From the IMG/VR virus record IMGVR_UViG_2737471993_000002: DNA of 64,000 bases; one strand, given 5' to 3'. Numbering within the stretch: position 1 is the stretch's first letter; each line of letters opens with the position of its first letter. The notes under the pieces were generated by a model. That model was given only the letters and a program-made list of their open reading frames with translations. It did no database searches and was not told where the DNA came from. Origin of the DNA: a virus. Taxonomy: Duplodnaviria > Heunggongvirae > Uroviricota > Caudoviricetes. The position numbers and the translations under genes were made by a program. Shown in pieces: positions 57,974-64,000 of the stretch.

Positions 57974-58387
57974 ATGGCAAGAGGTATGTATGTCTTATGC
58001 GAAATTGAAGGTGTGCTGGCAAATGCCAGCCATCGTAAATCAGTATCTGACGCGGATGCAGGCCAGCTCATTGCCGGTGATGAACTCATTTTCCCCACCA
58101 GCCGTATGTTGCGTGGTTTTGCTCGCTCAGGGGCTGAAGTGGTGCTTATCAGTAGCCGCTCTGAAACTCTTGAAGCGCCAACTAAACGATGGCTGAAAGA
58201 TTTTGGCGTTGATTATGACTGGCTTCATCTCGTACCGAATGGCACCAGTTATGAGAAGCATATTAAGCGCACATTAGCGGAGCATAAAGGCGATCTGCTT
58301 ATCGCTGCGCTGGTGCACGATCCTCGACTCCGTGCCGCTTTAGCCGACTCTCACCATCGACCGGTCATCTATGAGGTGAGCAAATGA
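57974..58387 (+). CDS. Hypothetical protein, possible HAD-type 5'(3')-deoxyribonucleotidase-like
   Basis: ATG at 57974 immediately after thyA stop; N-terminal VLCEIEGVLAN loosely resembles the DMDGVL motif of NT5C-type nucleotidases with Asp replaced by Glu. Confidence 0.3.
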   Translation: MARGMYVLCEIEGVLANASHRKSVSDADAGQLIAGDELIFPTSRMLRGFARSGAEVVLISSRSETLEAPTKRWLKDFGVDYDWLHLVPNGTSYEKHIKRTLAEHKGDLLIAALVHDPRLRAALADSHHRPVIYEVSK

Positions 58388-58860
58388 AGATGATCGCTGC
58401 TGTTGGCCGTAACTATGAGATCGGCATAGCGAATGAACTCCCCTGGCGTTGTTCTACCGATCTGAAGCTATTTAAGAGACTCACCAAAAACGCCACTGTC
58501 GTTATGGGGCGTAAAACGATGGAAAGTCTCAAACGCCCTCTTCCAGAGCGTCATAACCTCGTTTTGACGCGCTCTCATGGCTTTGTACCAAATGGATTCT
58601 ACCCTGCTGGTGTGGATGATGTGTTGCGATTACCAGAGCCTGTGTGGGTGATTGGCGGGGAACAAATTTACTCGCTATTCATGCCGCATGTTGAAGAGAT
58701 TTGGCTCTCCCACATCGGCGTTGATGTGCCAAACGCCGATGCATTCTTCCCGGCAAGCATGATGCGTAATTTAGGCTTTGTGCCTGTTGAAACAGCTTAT
58801 ACCCAACGAGCCAGCGAGGAAGAGCCTGGCTTTTCGCAGATCGTATACAGAAGGTCGTAA
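58384..58860 (+). CDS. folA: Dihydrofolate reductase
   Basis: MIAAVGRNYEIGIANELPW...VVMGRKT..S...PLP.R.N.VLT matches DHFR N-terminal signature; 158 aa. Confidence 0.8.
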   Translation: MKMIAAVGRNYEIGIANELPWRCSTDLKLFKRLTKNATVVMGRKTMESLKRPLPERHNLVLTRSHGFVPNGFYPAGVDDVLRLPEPVWVIGGEQIYSLFMPHVEEIWLSHIGVDVPNADAFFPASMMRNLGFVPVETAYTQRASEEEPGFSQIVYRRS

Positions 58861-59504
58861 TGGATTACCGGATTGGGATCACTGGTGCTCAGGGCAGTGG
58901 GAAAACAACCCTGGCTAAATATATCGACAAACATTACGGAATCCCTTACGTGGATGCTGGTGTCGGAAGTTTGATGAGCCGCCTCGGTGTTCGAGTAGGT
59001 GATTCTATGCCTCTATATGAGCGGCTTCAGATTCAAATGGAAATAGCAAAGCATATAGAGCTACTTACGCGTGGTGTTGAAGGCTTTGTTATCGATCGCA
59101 CACCTGCTGATGTTATGGCCTACACGTTGGATTTGGTCGGCCATACAAATGAAGATCGGTGTATTGAGTTAGCCCTCGATATCGAAAAGTTTTGCCACAA
59201 AACTGCTATTTCAAACTTTAACGCCATTGCTGGCTTACGCCCGGGAGTCGCTCTCTCAGAGCGAGATTACTTGCGATCACAACGAGCATCATTAGACCGT
59301 CTGTATGTCGCTCGTATTGATGCGTTGATGTGCGGGGAACTGACAAAAATTCACCTGCATCCGCAAAGGGGAGATCTGCAAACCTTCGTCGTTTCCAACC
59401 GATATCGCACGGTTGAAGCAAGAGCCAGATCAGTGATGAGAATGCTAGATAACGCTGTAGAAAAGATAGAAAACCGGTTCTGTGGCCGAGTGACCGTTCA
59501 TTAG
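58860..59504 (+). CDS. P-loop nucleotide kinase (deoxynucleoside monophosphate kinase-like)
   Basis: Walker A GITGAQGSGKTT at N-terminus; 214 aa; in nucleotide-metabolism block. Confidence 0.45.
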   Translation: MDYRIGITGAQGSGKTTLAKYIDKHYGIPYVDAGVGSLMSRLGVRVGDSMPLYERLQIQMEIAKHIELLTRGVEGFVIDRTPADVMAYTLDLVGHTNEDRCIELALDIEKFCHKTAISNFNAIAGLRPGVALSERDYLRSQRASLDRLYVARIDALMCGELTKIHLHPQRGDLQTFVVSNRYRTVEARARSVMRMLDNAVEKIENRFCGRVTVH

Positions 59505-59565
59505 AAATTGTTCGCCTCTTCGACATTGCGACAATAAAACTCTCAAAATGGGTTAAGGATAAAAA

Positions 59566-59985
59566 ATGTTTAGTGAAATGTTGCTTGAAGATGAACTGGA
59601 TCGGAAAACAACAGAGGCTTTGATTCGTGTAGCGGACGAACATTCCCGGTCGCTTATGAGCGATCGAGAGGCTCGTCTGGCTATTCGTGCCATATTCGAA
59701 ACTGCGCAGGGGCTTGTTGGTACACAAGTGGGTGAAGCCATTAACATCGCCATGTCTCAGTTCAGTGAAGGCAGTAAAAAGCCTCTGTTTCCTATGCATT
59801 TGATGCTGGCTGGTGGCACGGTGCTTTATATCTCTGTTTGTCTGGATAGCAACCAAATCAATATTCTCAACACTGTGTCAGGTAAGTGGAAAGATCCGAT
59901 TGTCTGTGAAACCAGTGAAGAAACTTTGAAAAAAGCGGCTCAATTTGTACGTAGCGCACTACTTAAGGGCGCTAAGAAGTTGTAA
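59566..59985 (+). CDS. Hypothetical protein
   Basis: 139-aa ORF. Confidence 0.45.
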   Translation: MFSEMLLEDELDRKTTEALIRVADEHSRSLMSDREARLAIRAIFETAQGLVGTQVGEAINIAMSQFSEGSKKPLFPMHLMLAGGTVLYISVCLDSNQINILNTVSGKWKDPIVCETSEETLKKAAQFVRSALLKGAKKL

Positions 59986-59994
59986 GGAGTTCTG

Positions 59995-60552
59995 ATGACA
60001 ACGATTGTTGCAGGCATCGATATCGAGTCTACGGGACTGGATTTCCTTGCTGGTCATAAAATTATTGAAATCGCAATTACCCGCTATGAACTGGAGACAC
60101 AGAGACATATTGATAGTCTGGAGATGCGTTTTAACCCTCGCAGAAACATAGATCCGAAAGCTCAAGCCGTTCATGGCATTTCATTGGAACAGCTCGCAGC
60201 TGAACCTTTGTTGTCAAATCATGCCAGCGAAATTGGCGCTTATATGGGGGCATGTAGTGTGTGGGTTGCTCATAACGGCGAAGCATTTGATATACCATTT
60301 ATTCGACACGAGTTTTCAGGGTATGGAGTAAGACTGCCAGAAGTTCCTGTTATAGATACTATGTTATCGGGATTGTGGGCCACAGAAGACGGTAAACGTC
60401 CCCGCCTTGAAGAGTTGGCCTTCTCTCTTGGCTTTATATACGATCATGCCAAAGCACATAGTGCCTTATATGACACAAACTTAATGATGCAATGCTTCTT
60501 TAAGGCACGTAATAAGTACGGATTTTTTAAATTACCCTCTGAAATTGTGTAA
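59995..60552 (+). CDS. DnaQ-like 3'-5' exonuclease (DEDDh, epsilon-like)
   Basis: Exo I GIDIESTG, Exo II HNGEAFDIPF, Exo III HSALYDTNL; 185 aa. Confidence 0.75.
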   Translation: MTTIVAGIDIESTGLDFLAGHKIIEIAITRYELETQRHIDSLEMRFNPRRNIDPKAQAVHGISLEQLAAEPLLSNHASEIGAYMGACSVWVAHNGEAFDIPFIRHEFSGYGVRLPEVPVIDTMLSGLWATEDGKRPRLEELAFSLGFIYDHAKAHSALYDTNLMMQCFFKARNKYGFFKLPSEIV

Positions 60553-60556
60553 AACA

Positions 60557-60595
60557 AAAGCCTACTTTAAAAAGTTTAAAGTAGGCTTTCTTTTA
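60557..60595. terminator. Bidirectional hairpin terminator
   Basis: AGCCTACTTTA-n7-TAAAGTAGGCT with A-run before and T-run after. Confidence 0.65.
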
Positions 60596-60710
60596 AAGAA
60601 CAGTCGCCTTTCAATCATTTCCTGCCTGTATTTAATACTTTTCCGCCTGATAGGTTTAGTCAAAATGTAGCCATCGAAACGCAAATGTAACCAAACAGAA
60701 GGAGACTTAC

Positions 60711-61520
60711 ATGAGTTCGGTTGAAAATGTAATGACAAATGATGATCTGGACGAGCTGGCAGCCATGTTGCAATCACTTGATGAACCAGTAAAAAAAGCT
60801 GCACAGGTTGAAAATACTGATGATATTGACGATCTGCTGCTCGGCCTAGATGCTGGCGTAGCCATGAGTTCTGATGATGTTGCCGAAGAACTGTTCAATG
60901 AAGAAAAAGCAGGTGATTTCAGCTCAGCTTTAAATGAGTTGGAGTTAGCGCATGAGCCTATAAACGTAATTAACGCTGAAAGTGGTGAAGCTGCCGAAAA
61001 CGAACCAGAACAGTTGGGGATCATCGAGGTTGAAGGGTGTGTTGAGATTAATGATGAATTAAAAGTTCAACAGTCAAATGATAGCAACACAAATAAAAAA
61101 GCGCGTACTGCAAGAGGTCCTCGTTTTGCTCTAAGTGATAAAGATGATGCGTTTTTCAATAAAGCGGGTTTAGAGAAAGATATTTTTTTAGACGCTTACG
61201 ATAACGCGCCTGTCAAAGCAAAGGATAAGATATTAAACCTTCTTAATTGGTTTAGCGGAGGTCCAGATATTAGTGTTTACACGGTAATTTCCATGAGACA
61301 CCTTCTCACAGAAAAGAAGGCTACAAGTAATAGTATTAAGATTGCTTTAATGAGCAATCCAGAAAAACCGTATCCGCTTAACACTGCGTCAACTCAGGCT
61401 GGGCAAATGATGGCTGTATTTCCAGCGACAGGAATTGCCGTTAGAGACGGTGGAAATCTAACATTGAACGAAGAATCACCGATCGTTAAGAAGTTTGTCG
61501 CGGAGTACACTATTGGATGA
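60711..61520 (+). CDS. Acidic hypothetical protein
   Basis: 269 aa, Asp/Glu-rich N-terminal half; preceded by direct repeats AAATGTARCCA. Confidence 0.5.
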   Translation: MSSVENVMTNDDLDELAAMLQSLDEPVKKAAQVENTDDIDDLLLGLDAGVAMSSDDVAEELFNEEKAGDFSSALNELELAHEPINVINAESGEAAENEPEQLGIIEVEGCVEINDELKVQQSNDSNTNKKARTARGPRFALSDKDDAFFNKAGLEKDIFLDAYDNAPVKAKDKILNLLNWFSGGPDISVYTVISMRHLLTEKKATSNSIKIALMSNPEKPYPLNTASTQAGQMMAVFPATGIAVRDGGNLTLNEESPIVKKFVAEYTIG

Positions 61521-61560
61521 CGTTCCCCTACTGAAAATAAAGCCCATAGAGAGCTTTATA

Positions 61561-61645
61561 GTGCTGGGTAAGCCAATCACATACCCAGCACCACAAAAAC
61601 GCGCCAGAGAGCTTCTCGTTTGCATTTCTGGCGCGTTTTATTTGA
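61561..61645. terminator. Two consecutive hairpins after the 60711 gene
   Basis: GTGCTGGGTA...TACCCAGCAC (61561-61591) and AAAACGCGCCAGA-n19-TCTGGCGCGTTTT followed by T-rich tract (61598-61645). Confidence 0.55.
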
Positions 61646-61671
61646 TTGCCAGACATAAAATCAAATGCAAA

Positions 61672-61694
61672 AATAGGTATTTACTTACCTATCG
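61672..61694. promoter_or_regulatory. Palindromic operator-like motif (AATAGGTATTTACTTACCTATCG)
   Basis: ATAGGTA..TACCTAT arms, 10 nt upstream of methyltransferase start. Confidence 0.45.
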
Positions 61695-61703
61695 AGAAAG
61701 AAG

Positions 61704-62297
61704 ATGATTGCAGCCGAAAAAATCAAACAGCGAAAGCGCGACAACTCTCTTCGTGACCTCTGGAGAACACCTGACTGGCTGTTTTCTGCCATTCAACGTT
61801 ATCTTGGAGTGACATTTGATGTTGACGTTGCCTGCAACAAGGACAATGCAAAGCTGCCTAATTTCATAGGCGTTGAGCGTGATGCTTTGAAATCTGAATG
61901 GGGACAGCCAGGTACAATTGCCTTCCTCAATCCACCCTACTCCAAAATCTCCCCCTGGATTGATGCGGCTATACGTGAGCAGGCTCGCGGAGTTACAACA
62001 GTGATGCTAATTCCTCAATCCCTAGATACAAAGTGGTATGAGCGTGCAACAGAGTGTGCGAATGAGACGATTATTCTGTCTGGTGGCCGCGTAGCGTTTG
62101 TCGAGCCTGACGTCAATCTGGGTCAGGTAGAAGTAAACATCAACCCAGGTGGCAGTATGCTCGTTGTTTTTCGAGGATTCTGTCAGGACGCTGGGCACTC
62201 TATAAGCAAGATCCCTTTGGACGTCATGAAAAGTCTGGGAGGGTATGATCCTGCGAATGTGATCAGGAAAAAAAGACCATCAAAGAAGGCTGCTTAG
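61704..62297 (+). CDS. DNA N6-adenine methyltransferase (phage Dam-like)
   Basis: RTPDWLFSAIQRYLGVTFDVDVA and catalytic FLNPPYS motif; 197 aa. Confidence 0.75.
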   Translation: MIAAEKIKQRKRDNSLRDLWRTPDWLFSAIQRYLGVTFDVDVACNKDNAKLPNFIGVERDALKSEWGQPGTIAFLNPPYSKISPWIDAAIREQARGVTTVMLIPQSLDTKWYERATECANETIILSGGRVAFVEPDVNLGQVEVNINPGGSMLVVFRGFCQDAGHSISKIPLDVMKSLGGYDPANVIRKKRPSKKAA

Positions 62298-62320
62298 TTT
62301 GTTCTGGCGTCTGTAATTAG

Positions 62321-62385
62321 CCTGCTTCTGTATATATAAATAACTACATATTAATTATTAATATACGGAAGCAGGCTGTTTTGTA
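62321..62385. repeat. Copy B of duplicated long hairpin module
   Basis: CCTGCTTCTGTATAT...ATATACGGAAGCAGG directly after methyltransferase stop; 3' arm identical to copy A, 5' arm differs by one base that converts a G-U wobble into a Watson-Crick pair. Confidence 0.6.
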
Positions 62386-62482
62386 TCAGAGACTCCAGAC
62401 CTGAACATCACTACAGAATCCACTAGAACCCCTTCCCAGACGCTTTAAAATCGATTTTATGAACCACTTTAAGGAAACCAAC

Positions 62483-62713
62483 ATGTCATACCCGACTAAT
62501 GTCGTTGCGCTCGTAGAGAGCGATTTTCTGGCCCAGGCTCGTGAAATGATGAAAGATCGTGAGCAGGCTTTCAACTTGTACGAATGGGCAATTAAGTGCT
62601 TGCATCTTGGCGAGCATCGCGAACTTGTTGAACAGCTTTTAGGTGAGTTGATCAATGAGGTGTTTGCCTTGAATGTTCAACTACATGGTAGAGAAAATAA
62701 TCAATCACAATGA
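62483..62713 (+). CDS. Hypothetical small protein
   Basis: ATG at 62483 with AGGAA SD; 76 aa. Confidence 0.45.
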   Translation: MSYPTNVVALVESDFLAQAREMMKDREQAFNLYEWAIKCLHLGEHRELVEQLLGELINEVFALNVQLHGRENNQSQ

Positions 62714-63298
62714 TAGATAAGTACAAACTATTCATAAGGTGAATTGTAAGTGCTAAGATCTGATAGTTTCCAGTCGTAGACTGGAGACTCGACCTGATGG
62801 GTGGGGGTAAGCGTCACTGGCGTCAGGTTTAAAAAAGCTCACTACCAGCGTAGAACTGGTGCCGTTTAGGTGTCGGGGAAGGGGGAACCAAAGTGAGCGG
62901 AGACAAGGGTCACTTTATGATTGTCGAGTCTGGGGTGTTTCGAGAGGTTGAATCCAGTACTCCCCTTCATAAAGTGTGGGAAGATCTCGGTTCTGGGGTG
63001 CTGTCATCCATAACTTCCCAAGTCTAAGCTGGCAGTAGACTTAGACCATAACTTTTCAGGTTATGAAACGACCAGGTTGGTGAGGGATTTTTATACTCAC
63101 CTCCCTGGGAGAGTATTACCTGAAAAGACAACCTCTCACTTCGTTCGAGGTGAACTTCACTCACTTCGTTCGTTCAGTTCAGGTTTATAAAAACCTGTTC
63201 TGGGAAGTAATTTGTTTATTTTAATAATTATTAACACGCACGCGTGTGCGCACGCGCGAGGAAAAAAAATCGGCGCGGCGCTTGATTCAGGAGTTTAT

Positions 63299-63892
63299 AT
63301 GACGACGAAGACACCAGCCCGATCGCAAGAAAAAACTCGCAAAAAAGCCAAAAACAAAAATTCTCCCCGCACCAATTCCACAACGCCTGTCGTAGAGTTC
63401 AATCCCCAGCTTAAAACCGTGAAAATCTTCAGTGATGGCTCTTGCCTTAAAAATCCGGGTGGCCCGGGCGGTTACGGTATAGTTCTCCAGTATCGTGGTG
63501 AGGAACGCGAGTTCTCAGATGGTTTTCATAGCACCACCAATAACCGCATGGAGATGATGGGGGCACTTATCGGGCTGGAGCGTTTGAAATATCCATGCAA
63601 CGTTATTTTGCACTCTGATAGCCAGTATCTGAAAAACGGCATGACACAGTGGATGAAATGGTGGAAACGCAATGGATGGGTGACTTCTGACAAAAAACCG
63701 GTAAAGAATGTTGATCTGTGGAAGCGTCTGGATGAGGCTGCAAGTCGACATAATGTTCGCTGGAAGTGGGTTAAAGGTCACGCCGGGCATCGTGAAAATG
63801 AAATATGTGATCGACTCGCGAAGATCGCAGCTTTTTCCGCAGCAGATATGCCTCACAAGAAAGATATTGGTTTTGTTTACAACAAGCAGTAA
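63299..63892 (+). CDS. rnhA: Ribonuclease HI
   Basis: ATG at 63299 with CAGGAG SD (track start upstream is unlikely). Basic N-terminal extension then RNase H motifs [40 protein letters not shown]. Confidence 0.85.
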   Translation: MTTKTPARSQEKTRKKAKNKNSPRTNSTTPVVEFNPQLKTVKIFSDGSCLKNPGGPGGYGIVLQYRGEEREFSDGFHSTTNNRMEMMGALIGLERLKYPCNVILHSDSQYLKNGMTQWMKWWKRNGWVTSDKKPVKNVDLWKRLDEAASRHNVRWKWVKGHAGHRENEICDRLAKIAAFSAADMPHKKDIGFVYNKQ

Positions 63893-64000
63893 GTAAGTGT
63901 TTACCTATCATTTTAAATCATGTATCTTATCGGCGTCAGGATGACAATGTGTCGGTAAGACACAGTTCCAGGATGGAACGAGAAAGGCGGCTGGCAATCG

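Noticed and set aside
62714-63298. tmRNA or tRNA-like gene in the long noncoding region (GGTTGAATCC and GGGG...ACTCCCC elements)
   Set aside because: No acceptor-stem complementarity or canonical T-loop/CCA arrangement could be assembled by eye; left as an unexplained structured region.

Overview
This window reads as a tailed dsDNA phage genome that is also organised like a plasmid (a phage-plasmid): tail and lysis genes sit beside a plasmid-type partition locus and a RepA initiator flanked by two iteron arrays. From memory the gene set resembles SSU5/pHCM2-type phage-plasmids of Enterobacteriaceae; no database search was possible, so that identification is an inference. Gene order, left to right: 5'-truncated lambda-J-like tail tip protein and a side tail fibre (2-8556); a putative lysis cluster (8759-10189); ParA-like partition genes (11711-12738); an AT-rich KAP-family P-loop NTPase (12790-14484); DnaB-like helicase and primase (15447-18050); a secreted Sel1-repeat protein and a lipoprotein; ATP-dependent DNA ligase; three small membrane peptides; four tRNAs (Asn, Tyr, Thr, Ser; 24188-24745); an AT-rich island with a membrane protein, glutaredoxin, tyrosine recombinase and HTH regulator (24941-28359); a vWA + AAA ATPase pair; DnaE-type polymerase; cold-shock protein; a candidate toxin-antitoxin pair; gp32-like SSB, flap endonuclease, RecA-like recombinase; SPFH lipoprotein; the RepA/iteron replicon (44722-46470); Mre11/Rad50-like nuclease pair and a RuvC-like resolvase; NrdA/NrdB, ThyA, DHFR, a nucleotide kinase, a DnaQ-like exonuclease, an adenine methyltransferase and RNase HI. 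The most likely candidates for an undescribed accessory or defence function are the KAP NTPase and the AT-rich membrane-protein island next to the tRNAs; both are compositionally foreign (GC judged by eye, not computed). The window also carries a recurring palindromic operator-like motif upstream of many genes, a duplicated hairpin module with a compensatory base change, and two structured noncoding regions. All coordinates for starts that differ from the supplied ORF track were derived from the track translations; motif coordinates are accurate to a few bases.
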